Part shown: one piece after another, positions 53,194 to 64,000 of the stretch
Numbering within the stretch: the stretch's first letter is position 1
How the letters are laid out: each line of letters begins with the position of its first letter
NCBI GenBank assembly: GCA_039027435.1
Contig: JBCCKF010000002.1
Coordinates: 259,009 to 323,008, forward strand
Source of the DNA: Pseudomonadota bacterium
GTDB taxonomy: Bacteria > Pseudomonadota > Gammaproteobacteria > Steroidobacterales > Woeseiaceae
Direction of reading: 5' to 3'
Length of the DNA stretch: 64,000 nt
Position numbers and translations under genes: made by a program
The notes under the pieces: model-generated
Seen by the model: the letters and a program-made list of their open reading frames with translations, nothing else
Database searches by the model: none
What the model was told of the DNA's origin: nothing

Positions 53194-53919
53194 TCAGGCT
53201 GTCACCAGCGTACCCAACGCTTCGCCATTGACGACGCGCACCAGCGCGCCGGGTTCGGTCATGTCGAAAACCCGCAGCGGCACTTCGTTATCGCGACACA
53301 TCACAATCGCCGTCGCATCCATCACATTCAGCTTTTCGGCCAGCACGCGATCGAAACTGACTTCCGGCAACTGCTCGGCATCGGGATTTGTCATCGGATC
53401 ACTGTCGAATACCCCATTGACCTTGGTGGCCTTGAGCATCAGGTCAGCCCCGATTTCAATCGCGCGCAGGCTTGCTGCTGTATCCGTGGTGAAGAAAGGA
53501 TTGCCCGTGCCAGCGGCCAGAATGACCACACGTCCCTTCTCGAGGTGTCGAATGGCGCGTCGCCGGATGTAGTCTTCACACACGTCGTTGATGGCCAGAG
53601 CTGACATCACGCGCGCATAGACATCGGCGCGCTCCAGTGCATCCTGAATCGCGAGCGCGTTCATCACCGTGGCGAGCATGCCCATATGATCACCGGTCAC
53701 GCGATCCATACCAGCTCGGGCAAGACCCGCGCCGCGGAAGATGTTGCCACCGCCGATAACAATGGCAACTTCGACACCGGAGTTCACGATTTCGGCGACT
53801 TCACTCGCAATTCTTCCGATCACGGCGGGATCGATCCCGTACTTCAGCTCACCCATCAGCGCTTCGCCGCTGAGCTTTAACAGGATCCTGCGGGCTGTCG
53901 GTGTTTCGGTTGCAGCCAC
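53194..53919 (-). CDS. pyrH: UMP kinase
   Basis: 241 aa. [29 protein letters not shown]. Confidence 0.95.
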   Translation of the reverse strand: MAATETPTARRILLKLSGEALMGELKYGIDPAVIGRIASEVAEIVNSGVEVAIVIGGGNIFRGAGLARAGMDRVTGDHMGMLATVMNALAIQDALERADVYARVMSALAINDVCEDYIRRRAIRHLEKGRVVILAAGTGNPFFTTDTAASLRAIEIGADLMLKATKVNGVFDSDPMTNPDAEQLPEVSFDRVLAEKLNVMDATAIVMCRDNEVPLRVFDMTEPGALVRVVNGEALGTLVTA

Positions 53920-53972
53920 TATGTCATCTCCCCATCGTGAGCCGAGTCCAGTGTAAAGCAGTCCGAATCGGC

Positions 53973-54863
53973 TTACTCGTCGTCTGACTCTGAAGCCGCC
54001 TTGACCTGAGCCATGACCTCTTCAGCGAAGTTGTCTTCTTTTTTCTCGATACCTTCACCGACCTCAAAGCGCAGGAATGCGGTAACGGTCGCGCCGGCCT
54101 GCTTCAGAAGCTTACCGACGGTGACATCCGGGTCCTTTACGAACGGCTGGCCAACGAGGGTGATTTCTGCCAAATACTTACGCATCCGACCGTCGACCAT
54201 TTTCTGGATGATCTCGTCGGGCTTGCCGCTATCTTTCGCCTGGTTGACCAAGATCTCGCGCTCGGCCGCCAGCGTTTCCTCAGGCACATCGTTCTCGTCG
54301 ACACACACCGGCGAGCTCGCCGCAACGTGCATCGCAATATCGCGCCCCAGATCTTCGTCACCATCCGTGACTGCAACCAACGCACCAATGCGGTCGTTAT
54401 GCGTATAGCTTGCGATAACGCCACCTGCCGACTCTACGAACGCAAAGCGGCGTACACCGATGTTCTCACCGATCTTGGCCACCAACGCGGTACGCGCTTC
54501 CTCGACGGTGGTGTCGTCGATGGTCAATGCCATTAACGCCTCGACATCAGCAGGTCGCTCGGTTGCCACCAGGTTGCCGACAGCCGCCGCAAACTGAACA
54601 AAGTTGTCATCCGCAGCAACGAAGTCGGTTTCGCAGTTCACCTCGACCAATGCCGATGCACCGTCGCCGTGAGCCACGACAATACGACCTTCCGCAGCCA
54701 CGCGGCCTGCCTTCTTGTCGGCTTTCGCCTGACCCTTTTCGCGCAGCAGTTTCGCTGCTGCATCCATATCGCCGTCAGCTTCCACCAGCGCCTTCTTACA
54801 TTCCATCATGCCGACGCCGGTACGCTCGCGCAGCGTCTTTACCATACTTGCGGTAATTGCCAT
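53973..54863 (-). CDS. tsf: translation elongation factor Ts
   Basis: 296 aa. [19 protein letters not shown] at the N-terminus. Confidence 0.95.
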   Translation of the reverse strand: MAITASMVKTLRERTGVGMMECKKALVEADGDMDAAAKLLREKGQAKADKKAGRVAAEGRIVVAHGDGASALVEVNCETDFVAADDNFVQFAAAVGNLVATERPADVEALMALTIDDTTVEEARTALVAKIGENIGVRRFAFVESAGGVIASYTHNDRIGALVAVTDGDEDLGRDIAMHVAASSPVCVDENDVPEETLAAEREILVNQAKDSGKPDEIIQKMVDGRMRKYLAEITLVGQPFVKDPDVTVGKLLKQAGATVTAFLRFEVGEGIEKKEDNFAEEVMAQVKAASESDDE

Positions 54864-54875
54864 CGTAATCCCCGT

Positions 54876-55733
54876 TTATTCTTCGCCGGATTCAGCAGCC
54901 GGCGCCGCCTCTGGCGCTTCTGCTGCTGGCGCTTCGGTTGCAGCTTCCTTGGTCGCCGCTGGCTTGCGACGCCCGCCGGCTTTCGACTTGCGCACGTTGC
55001 CTTGGTCATCAAGTTCGACAAAGTCATCGTCGCCGATCATGGTCTCCGGCGCGGATGCCTTGCCTTCAAGGATTGCGTCTGCGATCGCCGTTGCATACAG
55101 GCTGATGGCGCGCATAGCGTCGTCATTTCCCGGGATCACATAGTCGATACCATCCGGTTCGCAGTTGGTGTCAACAACCGCAACCACAGGAATACCGAGC
55201 TTGCGTGCTTCGTCGATCGCGATTTTTTCGTGGCCGACATCGACCACAAACAGCGCGTCCGGAAGACCGCCCATGTCTTTGATGCCGCCAAGACTACGCT
55301 CGAGCTTTTCCTGCTCGCGACGCAGATTGAGGATCTCTTTCTTCGTCAGAGAGTCGATGATGCCGCCCTCTTCCATGCTCTCGAGGTCCTTCAGGCGCTT
55401 GATCGACTGTTTGATCGTCTTGTAGTTGGTGAGCATGCCGCCGAGCCAGCGATAGTTCACAAACGGCATACCGGCACGAGCTGCTTCCTTACCGATCGTT
55501 TGGCGAGCGCTGCGCTTGGTGCCGACAAACATGACGTTGCCACCGTCCGACGCGAGGCCTTTCACATATGCGAGTGCCTCACGGAACAATGGGAGCGTAC
55601 GCTCAAGGTTTACGATATGAATCTTGTTACGGTCGCCAAAGATAAAAGGCGCCATCTTGGGGTTCCAGTAGCGGGTCTGGTGTCCAAAATGCACACCTGC
55701 CTCCAGCATCTGGCGCATGGTTACGTCAGCCAT
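54876..55733 (-). CDS. rpsB: 30S ribosomal protein S2 (with an Ala/Glu/Pro-rich C-terminal tail)
   Basis: [30 protein letters not shown] 55733 is preceded by GGAG. The ORF-track start 55850 adds 39 non-homologous residues. Confidence 0.95.
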   Translation of the reverse strand: MADVTMRQMLEAGVHFGHQTRYWNPKMAPFIFGDRNKIHIVNLERTLPLFREALAYVKGLASDGGNVMFVGTKRSARQTIGKEAARAGMPFVNYRWLGGMLTNYKTIKQSIKRLKDLESMEEGGIIDSLTKKEILNLRREQEKLERSLGGIKDMGGLPDALFVVDVGHEKIAIDEARKLGIPVVAVVDTNCEPDGIDYVIPGNDDAMRAISLYATAIADAILEGKASAPETMIGDDDFVELDDQGNVRKSKAGGRRKPAATKEAATEAPAAEAPEAAPAAESGEE

Positions 55734-55867
55734 GAGATCTCCTGGGTTGAGCCTCCGAACACCCCCTGACGCAACCCCTTTTTCGGTGGGGCACCCAGCA
55801 CCAGGTGACGGTGAACGTGTGGTTTTAAAAATTAGTGGCGCTACAGGCATTTGCCGGCAGCGCGCGC

Positions 55868-55878
55868 TTTATAGCACA
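55868..55878 (-). promoter_or_regulatory. rpsB extended -10 promoter element TGTGCTATAAA
   Basis: The minus strand reads TGTGCTATAAA about 135 nt upstream of the rpsB ATG. As I recall, the E. coli rpsB-tsf promoter is an extended -10 element, TGTGGTATAAA, conserved in gammaproteobacteria and followed by a long S2-autoregulated leader. Confidence 0.55.
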
Positions 55879-55990
55879 CCACTGAACCGACCGCCAGTAG
55901 AAGGGTTGGCCGCCACTTGACAGGGATTGTATCCTTTAACGGTGTGCGCCCGGTATCCAGCCATCGGCGCAGGAAAACCAACGGAACACA

Positions 55991-56788
55991 ATGCCAGTCA
56001 CAATCAAAACCCCGGAAGAACAGGACGCAATGCGGACAGCGGGCCGACTCGCTGCCGATGTACTCGACATGATCACCGATTATGTCAAACCTGGCGTGAC
56101 AACCAACGAGCTGAACGAGCGTTGCCACCGGTTCATTACCGAGGAACAAGGCGCGATCCCCGCCCCGCTGAACTATACCGGCGGCGGCCCCGTCCCGTTT
56201 CCGAAGTCGATTTGCACCTCGCTCAACCATGTCATTTGCCATGGCATTCCATCCGACCGGGTCCTGAGACACGGCGATTCGCTGAATATCGATATCACCG
56301 TGATCAAGGACGGCTGGCATGGCGATACCAGCCGCATGTTCATGGTGGGCAAGCCCAATATCCAGGCACAGAGGCTAGCGAAGATCTGTCACGAGGCAAT
56401 GATGCACGGCATCCAGCAGGTCGCCCCTGGCAAGACACTGGGCGACATAGGGCATGCCGTTCAACGCCACGCGGAGCGCCATCGTTTTTCTGTCGTACGA
56501 GAGTATTGTGGTCACGGCATCGGTCGAGGGTTCCATGAGGACCCGCAGATCGTCCATTTTGGCCAGCCAGGCACAGGGATGCCTCTGGAGGCCGGAATGA
56601 CCTTCACCGTCGAACCGATGCTTAATGCCGGTAAACGGCACACACGCCTTCTGCCTGACGGGTGGACCGTCGTCACCCGAGATCATTCGCAGTCCGCGCA
56701 ATGGGAACACACCGTATTGGTCACCCCTTCCGGCTATGAAATCCTGACACTGGGTGCCGCACAGCGTGACCGAGCAAGCGCGGCCTGA
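55991..56788 (+). CDS. map: type I methionine aminopeptidase
   Basis: 265 aa. ICHGIP, DITVIKDGWHGDTSRMF, GHGIG, TFTVEPM, QWEHTVLVT. Confidence 0.95.
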   Translation: MPVTIKTPEEQDAMRTAGRLAADVLDMITDYVKPGVTTNELNERCHRFITEEQGAIPAPLNYTGGGPVPFPKSICTSLNHVICHGIPSDRVLRHGDSLNIDITVIKDGWHGDTSRMFMVGKPNIQAQRLAKICHEAMMHGIQQVAPGKTLGDIGHAVQRHAERHRFSVVREYCGHGIGRGFHEDPQIVHFGQPGTGMPLEAGMTFTVEPMLNAGKRHTRLLPDGWTVVTRDHSQSAQWEHTVLVTPSGYEILTLGAAQRDRASAA

Positions 56789-59465
56789 TTCAACGGCGCG
56801 GCTCGGCGCCACCCCCGCAGGCACAGGGCGCTACACGGCTCAACCAGCCGGCCCCGATGCCACGGTGGGGCGCTTTGTCAGCCAGCTCGATGCGGCGGCG
56901 GCCGGTCCCGTTGCGATGCGAGGCATGCTCGGCAGCGCAAGTGAGGCGCTGGCTGATCGCTTTCGCAATGGAGATGCCGTCGAGCTATTGGTGGCAGCCA
57001 ATGCGGGCATCGTGGACGCGGCGCTCACTCACCTGTGGGCCCAGTTCGATGTTCCGGAAAATGATTTCACGTTGATCGCGGTCGGCGGCTATGGCCGCGC
57101 TGAGCTCCATCCGGGATCGGACATCGACATCCTGATACTGATCGCTGAGGGCGAAATCGATACGGATCCGGTGGAACGATTTGTCGCGGCGCTTTGGGAT
57201 ACCGGACTGGAAATCGGTCATAGCGTTCGCACCGTTGCGGATTGCAAGGCACAAGCCGCCGAGGACGTGACCATCACGACGACGCTCATGGAGTCTCGAC
57301 GACTTGTCGGCAACGCGAGCCTCTATGAAGAGATGGCACGCGTCACAGGCCCTGCGCATGTTTGGGATCCTGCTGCCTTTTTTGTTGCAAAACGCGATGA
57401 ACAACGCGCCCGCTACCATCGCTACGACGATACCGGTTACAACCTCGAACCTAACGTAAAAGGCAGCCCTGGCGGACTGCGCGATATCCAGATGGTGAGC
57501 TGGATTGCCAAGCGCCATATTGGCGCCGAGGACTTCGAGGCCCTTGCAGGATTCGGCTTTCTCACGGCAGGCCAGGCTGCGCGTCTTGTGGACGCGCGCC
57601 AGTTCTTGTGGACGATTCGCTATGGGTTGCACGTGCTGACAGGACGCCGCGAAGATCGCCTGTTGTTCGATCACCAAAAAGCGCTGGCCGAGATGCTCGG
57701 GTATGAAGACTCGCGCTTCACGCTCGGCGTTGAGCAGATGATGCAACGTTACTATCGGATGGTGATGCAGGTCTCGAGGGCCAACGAAATCCTGTTGCAA
57801 CTCTTCGAAGAAGACATACTGCTTTCGGTCGACGAACCCCCGAAAGCAATCAACGAGTCTTTTGTCAGCCGCAGCGGCTATCTGCAAGCCATTGATGATG
57901 ACGTGTTCCTGAGAGATCCATCGGCACTGCTGGGGGTTTTCCGTTTGCTCCAGCAAAACCCGGAACTGAAGGGCGTCAGTGCACGTACCATCGGACTGAT
58001 TCGCAAGCACCGTCATCTGATCGATGAGCAGTTCCGCCAGCACCCTCGCAACCATCGGCTCTTTCTGGATTTGTTGCGCTCGCCGACCGGTGTCACAAAC
58101 GCCCTGCGTCGCATGAATCGATACGAAATCCTGGGCAACTACATTCCCGCGTTCGGTCGTATTGTCGGCAGAATGCAATACGACCTCTTTCATGCATACA
58201 CCGTCGACGAACACACGCTGTTTCTGGTGTCCCATCTGCGCAAGTTTGCACTCGGCATGAGCGAGGACAGCCACTGCAATCATGTCATGTCGCAACTGCC
58301 CGACCAGTCACTCTCTGTGCTGTCGGGTTTGTTTCATGACATCGCCAAAGGTCGCGGTGGCGACCATTCCGAGCTAGGCGCAACGGATGCGCTATTGTTC
58401 TGCCGCGAGCACGGATTGAGCGATGACGACGCGGAACTTGTCAGCTGGCTGGTGGCCAATCACCTCATTCTGTCGATGACGGCGCAAAAAAAGGATCTCA
58501 GCGACCCTGAAGTGATCGCGAAGTTTGCACAGCGAATGCAGACGCGCGTGCGCCTCGACTATCTCTATGTATTGACCGCCGCTGATGTTCGCGCGACGAA
58601 TCCAAAGCTGTGGAACTCCTGGAAAGCAAAGTTGTTTCGAGACCTCTACGAAGCGACGGCGCAGGCTTTGGATCGCGGCCTTGAGAATCCGGCGAACACC
58701 ACACAGTTGGTCAATGTGACGCTGGACGATGCACGGAACAGACTCGAGGGTGTCGTCGCACCCGAGGCGATTGATGCCTTCTTCGCCATAGTCGACGAGG
58801 ACTACTTTCTCCGCTACTCCGCCGAGGAAATTGCATGGCACACCAGCGCACTCAGCGCCCACGGTACCCAGGCACCGATGCTGTCGATGGTGGCCAACCA
58901 GCGCGACAACACGCTGGCGATCATGCTCTACACACCGCAAATTCAGCACACCTTTGCGGGCGTTACCGCAAGACTCGATGAACTCGGCCTGTCCGTCCTG
59001 GACGCACGCATTGAACAGCTTCGAAACGCTTTCAGCCTGGACACCTATATTGTGACGAGCCCGATGGGCGATGAGCTCGATGCAACGATGATCGATGATG
59101 TCGAACGCAGGCTCGCGCCGATCGTCAACGGCGAGGAAGAAGACATACTGCGCGTGCAGCGGGCGCTTCCAAGAGCTCAGCGAATGTTCGAAACACCCAC
59201 TGGGATCAGTTTTCGCGAGGATGAAACGGCCAGACGCACCATCATGGAATTGGTGTGTGCCGATCATCCAGGACTCTTGCATACGGTGGGCAAGACGCTG
59301 ATTGCCTGTGACGTGTACATCAGCGCCGCCAAGATCGTAACGATCGGCGAGAAGGCTGAAGACGTGTTCTATCTCACCAGTTCACAGGAGACACCGCTAA
59401 CACGATCAGAGCAGGAGAACCTGCGGGAATCTCTCCTGGGCGCGTTAGCCGGACGTCCGTCATGA
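56754..59465 (+). CDS. glnD: [protein-PII] uridylyltransferase / uridylyl-removing enzyme
   Basis: About 900 aa with a nucleotidyltransferase domain (AVGGYGRAELHPGSDIDILIL), an HD domain (LFHDIAKGRGGDHSELG) and two C-terminal ACT domains. The start is uncertain (GTG 56754, GTG 56766 or further downstream). Confidence 0.9.
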   Translation: MPHSVTEQARPDSTARLGATPAGTGRYTAQPAGPDATVGRFVSQLDAAAAGPVAMRGMLGSASEALADRFRNGDAVELLVAANAGIVDAALTHLWAQFDVPENDFTLIAVGGYGRAELHPGSDIDILILIAEGEIDTDPVERFVAALWDTGLEIGHSVRTVADCKAQAAEDVTITTTLMESRRLVGNASLYEEMARVTGPAHVWDPAAFFVAKRDEQRARYHRYDDTGYNLEPNVKGSPGGLRDIQMVSWIAKRHIGAEDFEALAGFGFLTAGQAARLVDARQFLWTIRYGLHVLTGRREDRLLFDHQKALAEMLGYEDSRFTLGVEQMMQRYYRMVMQVSRANEILLQLFEEDILLSVDEPPKAINESFVSRSGYLQAIDDDVFLRDPSALLGVFRLLQQNPELKGVSARTIGLIRKHRHLIDEQFRQHPRNHRLFLDLLRSPTGVTNALRRMNRYEILGNYIPAFGRIVGRMQYDLFHAYTVDEHTLFLVSHLRKFALGMSEDSHCNHVMSQLPDQSLSVLSGLFHDIAKGRGGDHSELGATDALLFCREHGLSDDDAELVSWLVANHLILSMTAQKKDLSDPEVIAKFAQRMQTRVRLDYLYVLTAADVRATNPKLWNSWKAKLFRDLYEATAQALDRGLENPANTTQLVNVTLDDARNRLEGVVAPEAIDAFFAIVDEDYFLRYSAEEIAWHTSALSAHGTQAPMLSMVANQRDNTLAIMLYTPQIQHTFAGVTARLDELGLSVLDARIEQLRNAFSLDTYIVTSPMGDELDATMIDDVERRLAPIVNGEEEDILRVQRALPRAQRMFETPTGISFREDETARRTIMELVCADHPGLLHTVGKTLIACDVYISAAKIVTIGEKAEDVFYLTSSQETPLTRSEQENLRESLLGALAGRPS

Positions 59466-60637
59466 ACGCCAACCCCGGCTTTGAGCGTCTGCAGGCGTAT
59501 CCTTTTGAGTATCTCGCCGATCTATTGGCCGGTGTGACACCACCATCAGGGCTGAGTCCGATTCCACTGTCAGTCGGAGAGCCAAAACACACGCCGTACG
59601 CCGCCGCTCTCGAGGCGCACAATGCGGTCTTCCAAACTTCGGCCGGCAAGTACCCACCCATTCGTGGCACCGACGACTTGCGCAACGCGTGCGCGGGTTG
59701 GCTAGACCGGCGCTTTGACCTGCAAGTCGACCCTCAACGTATGCTGCACCCGGTGAATGGGACTCGCGAGGGCTTGTTTGCGATTGCGCAGGCACTGATC
59801 GATCCGGCCGAAGATGCGGTCGTCGCGATGCCAAATCCGTTCTATCAAATCTATGAAGGTGCTGCCCTCATGGCCGGCGCAACGCCGGTTTATCTCGCGA
59901 CTGACCCGGCGCACCATCACCTGCCGGATCTGAATCAAATATCAGAAGATCTGTTACGTTCGTTGCGGCTCTTCTATCTGTGCTCACCGGTGAACCCGGC
60001 TGGCGCGGTCGCCCCGCTCGCCTATCTTGAAAGACTGGCGAACCTGGCTGTCGAATACGATTTCATCGTCGTGGCAGACGAATGCTATATCGACATTTAT
60101 CGCGATGAACCGCCGGTCTCGCTACTGAACGCGGTCAAGGGCGAGTTTCCCAATGTGCTCGCGTTCCACAGTCTCTCGAAGCGCTCCAACCTGCCGGGAC
60201 TTCGATCCGGTTTTGTTGCAGGGGACCCATCCCTGATCGATCTATTCGCGCGCTATAGAACCTACCACGGCTGCGGAATGTCGCTGGCCGTGCAGGCTGC
60301 AAGTATTGCAGCGTGGTCAGATGATGCGCACGTCGACGATAATCGACGTGCTTACAACCAAAAGTTTGCGATGGCAGCCGAGACGCTGAGCGGCCGCCTC
60401 AACGCCGAGACACCTCCCGCAGCCTTCTACTTGTGGCCGGAAATCGACGGCGATGACCGAATGTTCTGCCGTGATCTATTCGAGCAGACCCACGTGACGG
60501 CAGTGCCGGGTCGGTACTTCGCGCGTGAGGTAGACGGCGTGAATCCAGGCGCAGGCCGGATTCGCCTTTCCTTGGTCGCCGATATCGATAACACTCGCGA
60601 AGCATTGGAGCGGCTTGCCGCGTTTTGTAACCGCTAA
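59462..60637 (+). CDS. dapC: succinyldiaminopimelate transaminase (class I/II aminotransferase)
   Basis: 391 aa with the PLP-lysine motif [14 protein letters not shown]. Sits in the glnD-dapC-dapD order, as in Pseudomonas and Bordetella. Confidence 0.75.
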   Translation: MNANPGFERLQAYPFEYLADLLAGVTPPSGLSPIPLSVGEPKHTPYAAALEAHNAVFQTSAGKYPPIRGTDDLRNACAGWLDRRFDLQVDPQRMLHPVNGTREGLFAIAQALIDPAEDAVVAMPNPFYQIYEGAALMAGATPVYLATDPAHHHLPDLNQISEDLLRSLRLFYLCSPVNPAGAVAPLAYLERLANLAVEYDFIVVADECYIDIYRDEPPVSLLNAVKGEFPNVLAFHSLSKRSNLPGLRSGFVAGDPSLIDLFARYRTYHGCGMSLAVQAASIAAWSDDAHVDDNRRAYNQKFAMAAETLSGRLNAETPPAAFYLWPEIDGDDRMFCRDLFEQTHVTAVPGRYFAREVDGVNPGAGRIRLSLVADIDNTREALERLAAFCNR

Positions 60638-60653
60638 TTGCAACGGGAGTTGG

Positions 60654-61478
60654 ATGCCGATGAACGTCAGGGAAACCATCGAGAATGCCTGGGAGGCGCG
60701 TGCGACGCTGACTCCCGAAGACACGGATGTGGTCGGAGCTGTTGACCATGCTCTGGCACAACTCGACAACGGATCCGCACGGGTTGCCGAACCAACGCCA
60801 GAAGGCTGGGTGGTCAACGAGTGGTTAAAGAAAGCCGTTCTGCTCTCGTTCAGGCTTCGCGACAACGCGCTGATCGAGGAAGGCGACCATCGCTACTTCG
60901 ACAAGGTCCCGTTGAAATATGCGCAATACAGCGAAGAAGACTTTCGACGAGACGGTGTTCGGGTCGTGCCGGATGCGGTGGTGAGACAAGGCGCCTATGT
61001 GGGCAAGGACGTGGTACTGATGCCAAGCTATACCAACATCGGCGCTTACATCGACTCGGGCACTATGGTTGATACCTGGGCGACCGTCGGCAGTTGCGCT
61101 CAGATCGGACGCAATGTCCATTTGTCCGGTGGTGTCGGTATCGGCGGCGTGCTGGAGCCACTGCAAGCAACACCGACCATTATCGAGGACGACTGCTTCA
61201 TCGGCGCGCGCTCGGAGATTGTCGAGGGGGTCGTCGTCGAGACCGGCAGCGTCATTTCGATGGGTGTTTTCATCGGCCAAAGCACACGCATTTATGATCG
61301 GGAAACCGGCACGATCACTTACGGTCGCGTGCCTGCGGGCAGTGTGGTTGTACCGGGCAACCTGCCATCGGCCGATGGCAGCTATTCGCTCTACGCCGCA
61401 ATCATCGTCAAACGCGTGGACGCGAAAACGCGCGCAAAAGTCGGCCTGAACGAATTGCTGCGGGCAGCGACCGAATGA
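60654..61478 (+). CDS. dapD: 2,3,4,5-tetrahydropyridine-2,6-dicarboxylate N-succinyltransferase
   Basis: Collinear with E. coli DapD ([11 protein letters not shown]..., [37 protein letters not shown]). ATG 60654 is preceded by GGGAG. Confidence 0.95.
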   Translation: MPMNVRETIENAWEARATLTPEDTDVVGAVDHALAQLDNGSARVAEPTPEGWVVNEWLKKAVLLSFRLRDNALIEEGDHRYFDKVPLKYAQYSEEDFRRDGVRVVPDAVVRQGAYVGKDVVLMPSYTNIGAYIDSGTMVDTWATVGSCAQIGRNVHLSGGVGIGGVLEPLQATPTIIEDDCFIGARSEIVEGVVVETGSVISMGVFIGQSTRIYDRETGTITYGRVPAGSVVVPGNLPSADGSYSLYAAIIVKRVDAKTRAKVGLNELLRAATE

Positions 61479-61825
61479 AGCCAATCGTCTACGGCCTCAA
61501 GCAATGCGATACCTGCCGAAAAGCGCTTCGGTGGATGGACGGTCACGGACTCGACTACGACTTTGTCGATATTCGCGCGCAAACGCCATCCGTAAAAGAG
61601 ATTCAAACCTGGCTCACTGCTTTGGGTAATGCAAAGCTGGTAAACCGGAGATCGACGACCTGGCGTGGCCTTGGCGAGGCGGAGCGCGCTGACGCGGCTG
61701 GCGACGCCGCGGCTCAGTTACTCGAGCAGCACCCGACGCTGATCAAGCGGCCTGTCTTGGCGCTGGATTCGAAAACCCTGGTCGGATTCTCCGAGGCGGA
61801 CTGGACAGCCGCGCTTCTAGACTAA
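61475..61825 (+). CDS. ArsC/Spx-family thioredoxin-fold protein (YffB-like)
   Basis: 116 aa. [18 protein letters not shown] and LIKRPVL are typical of the YffB subgroup. ATGA overlap with dapD. Confidence 0.75.
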   Translation: MKPIVYGLKQCDTCRKALRWMDGHGLDYDFVDIRAQTPSVKEIQTWLTALGNAKLVNRRSTTWRGLGEAERADAAGDAAAQLLEQHPTLIKRPVLALDSKTLVGFSEADWTAALLD

Positions 61826-61829
61826 GCGG

Positions 61830-62717
61830 CTAGCCAAATCTGCCTGTGATGTAGTCTTCGGTCAGGCGGTGCTGAGGGTTGGTAAATATCTTGTCTGTCT
61901 CGTCCACTTCGATCAGCTCACCGAGGTGGAAATAAGCGGTTCGCTGTGACACGCGAGCAGCCTGCTGCATCGAGTGCGTAACGATCACGATAGCGTAGTT
62001 CTCGCGCAGCTCGTCAATCAGGTCTTCGATCTTCGCGGTTGCGATCGGATCCAGAGCAGAGCAAGGCTCATCCATCAAGATAACCTCAGGGCTCACCGCA
62101 ATCGTGCGCGCGATACACAGACGTTGCTGCTGACCGCCCGAGAGGCCTGTGCCGGTGTCATGCAAGCGGTCTTTGACCTCCGTCAAAAGGCCCGCTTTCT
62201 CCAGACTCGTGTGAACGATTTCATCAAGATCGGCACGATTCTGGGCAAGACCGTGGAGCCTCGGGCCATAGGCGATATTGTCGTAAATCGATTTGGGGAA
62301 CGGGTTCGGCTTCTGAAAGACCATCCCGACCCTGGCCCGAAGGGCAACCACGTCCATCGATCGGTCATAAATGTCTTTCCGATCGAGCATGATTCGACCC
62401 TCGACCCGTGCGCTGTCGATTGTATCGTTCATCCGGTTCAGGCACCGGAGGAAAGTCGACTTTCCGCACCCCGAGGGTCCGATCAGCGAAATCACTTCAT
62501 TTCGAGCGATTTCTAGACTGACATTCTTGATCGCCTGGGTTTCCCCGTAGAACACGTTGACGTTGTGTGCCTGAAAGTACGGGTCGATGACAAAAGGGCT
62601 TCCCACAGAAGTGCTCTTTGGCAACGCATCTCGCGGGCGACTGGCTTCGCTGGAAGCGCTATCAAGCGCGAGATCCGCTACGGCAGGTGCATCAATCGTC
62701 AGTTCAGTCACAACCAA
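61830..62717 (-). CDS. pstB: phosphate ABC transporter ATP-binding protein
   Basis: Walker [10 protein letters not shown], signature LSGGQQQRL, Walker B ILMDEP, and a PstB-like N- and C-terminus. The start is uncertain. Confidence 0.9.
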   Translation of the reverse strand: MVVTELTIDAPAVADLALDSASSEASRPRDALPKSTSVGSPFVIDPYFQAHNVNVFYGETQAIKNVSLEIARNEVISLIGPSGCGKSTFLRCLNRMNDTIDSARVEGRIMLDRKDIYDRSMDVVALRARVGMVFQKPNPFPKSIYDNIAYGPRLHGLAQNRADLDEIVHTSLEKAGLLTEVKDRLHDTGTGLSGGQQQRLCIARTIAVSPEVILMDEPCSALDPIATAKIEDLIDELRENYAIVIVTHSMQQAARVSQRTAYFHLGELIEVDETDKIFTNPQHRLTEDYITGRFG

Positions 62718-62763
62718 AACCTCTATAAAACCGAAGCTTACCGCTCAATCCTAAAGTCACACG

Positions 62764-64000
62764 CTACCAAGAACGCTCAAATCGTCGCCGCAGCAGGACG
62801 GCCGCGAGATTCATCAGCAGCAAGAATCCCAGCAAAACGATAATGGCCGCTGAGGTTCTCTCGACAAACGCACGTTCCGGGCTGTCGGCCCACAAGTATA
62901 CCTGCACCGGCAACGCAGTGGCTGGCTCCAGCGGACCGCCGGGGATATCGACAATAAATGCCACCATGCCGATCATCAACAATGGCGCCGTCTCGCCGAG
63001 GGCGCGCGCCATTCCGATGATCGTACCGGTGAGGATGCCCGGCAACGCCAGCGGCACGACGTGCTGGAACACGGTCTGGACCTGCGACGCGCCGAGACCG
63101 AGTGCGGCCTCTCGAATCGACGGCGGCACCGACTTGATCGCAGCGCGCGCCGCGATGATGACCACCGGCAGCGTCATCAGCGCGAGCACCAGGCCACCGA
63201 CCAGCGGGGCTGAACGTGGCAGCGCCATCCAGTTAATGAACACCGCAAGCCCGAGGAGACCGTAAACAATCGACGGTACCGCAGCGAGGTTGTTGATATT
63301 CACCTCAATCAGATCGGTCCAGCGATTGCGCGGTGCAAACTCTTCCAGATAGACCGCCGCCGCCACACCGACAGGAAACGCCAGCAGCACCGTCACGAGC
63401 AGCATATAGACCGACCCCATGAAGGCACCGCGGATACCAGCAAGTTCCGGGTCCCGGGAGTCGCCGTTCACGAACAATGCCGTGTTGAAGCGTGTGTAAA
63501 TCCGGTTAAGGGATTTCAACTCATCGACCCATCGAATCTGGCGGTCACTCACAGTGCGCTGCGATTCATCGAGGCTGGGATCGACATTGCCCTTGATTAA
63601 CATGTCGATGTTGGCGCTGGCAGGCACGCGCAGCTCTATCTGCTCCCCGATCAGATCAGGGTCCTCGAGCACGCGCTCTCGCAATAGGAAGCTTGATTCC
63701 GCGCTGACCAATTCCCCCACCGCACGCTTGTCGACACGTGTCTTCACATCGAGGAACAATCTGGCCAGTGAGTCACGAATAACGATGTCATAGTCGCCAC
63801 CCTCAAGAGACTCGCGACTCCGATCTCCCTTCGGATCAACGTCTGCTGCACTCACGACCACCGGCAAAACGATTTCAGTCTGCCGGAACGCACTCACGCC
63901 GTTACTCACGATATTCGCGAAAAAAGCCACAAGAAACACGAGCCCCACAAGGACCGCCGCGAGGCCATACGCGCGAAAGCGGCGCTCGCGGGCGTAGCGA
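62764..64000 (-). CDS. pstA: phosphate ABC transporter permease PstA (long form; 5' end beyond the window)
   Basis: The frame stays open to base 64000 (RYARERRFRAYGLAAVLVGLVF...). There is a large periplasmic loop, then the permease core with the EAA-like motif REAALGLGASQVQTVFQHVVPLALPGI. Confidence 0.85.
   Translation of the reverse strand, partial: RYARERRFRAYGLAAVLVGLVFLVAFFANIVSNGVSAFRQTEIVLPVVVSAADVDPKGDRSRESLEGGDYDIVIRDSLARLFLDVKTRVDKRAVGELVSAESSFLLRERVLEDPDLIGEQIELRVPASANIDMLIKGNVDPSLDESQRTVSDRQIRWVDELKSLNRIYTRFNTALFVNGDSRDPELAGIRGAFMGSVYMLLVTVLLAFPVGVAAAVYLEEFAPRNRWTDLIEVNINNLAAVPSIVYGLLGLAVFINWMALPRSAPLVGGLVLALMTLPVVIIAARAAIKSVPPSIREAALGLGASQVQTVFQHVVPLALPGILTGTIIGMARALGETAPLLMIGMVAFIVDIPGGPLEPATALPVQVYLWADSPERAFVERTSAAIIVLLGFLLLMNLAAVLLRRRFERSW

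Noticed and set aside
56985-59282. Two very long ORFs (436 aa at 56985-58295 and 296 aa at 58392-59282) antisense to glnD
   Set aside because: They lie entirely within a confidently recognised gene on the other strand, and their translations have no recognisable motifs. Long stop-free antisense frames are expected in GC-rich coding DNA. I see no evidence for overlapping genes.

Overview
Gene-dense core chromosome segment of a gammaproteobacterium, roughly 58-60% G+C by eye. I call 68 CDS, 57 of them on the minus strand. Many adjacent genes share 1-4 nt start/stop overlaps. All product calls rest on motif and family recognition from the translated ORF track plus gene order; no database search was possible.

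Conserved housekeeping arrays:
- mfd, then an apparently accessory block (CsiV-like, cytochrome c peroxidase, membrane LytTR protein, degenerate GGDEF protein), then mtnP-nagZ-rlmD.
- acpS-pdxJ-recO-era-rnc-lepB-lepA.
- rpoE-rseABC.
- A succinate dehydrogenase cluster flanked by assembly-factor genes (DUF1674, sdhCDAB, sdhE, ygfX), with divergent ygfZ.
- lysS-prfB-recJ, with the classic +1 frameshift in prfB.
- pcm-yqaA-nlpD.
- pyrG-kdsA-eno-ftsB-truD.
- The long envelope/translation array rpsB-tsf-pyrH-frr-uppS-cdsA-rseP-bamA-skp-lpxD-fabZ-lpxA-lpxB-rnhB-dnaE-accA-tilS.
- map-glnD-dapC-dapD-yffB.
- pstB-pstA, with pstA running off the 3' end of the window.

I found no rRNA, tRNA, CRISPR array, transposase, integrase, prophage or recognisable defence island, and I cannot point to a convincing new multi-gene system here.

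Most unusual observations:
1. A sharp, in-frame patch of about 17% G+C inside nagZ that carries an 11-bp perfect inverted repeat.
2. The MEP-pathway genes ispD/ispF and dxr are absent from two independent, normally conserved syntenic slots (ftsB|truD and cdsA|rseP). This suggests the pathway was relocated or replaced.
3. Homologues of both SDH assembly factors bracket sdhCDAB.
4. A GGDEF protein has a destroyed active site but an intact I-site.
5. A glutaredoxin-like gene is translationally coupled to rseC.

Candidate sigma-E promoters (rpoE, rseP), the conserved extended -10 rpsB promoter and one canonical intrinsic terminator (after tilS) are also annotated.
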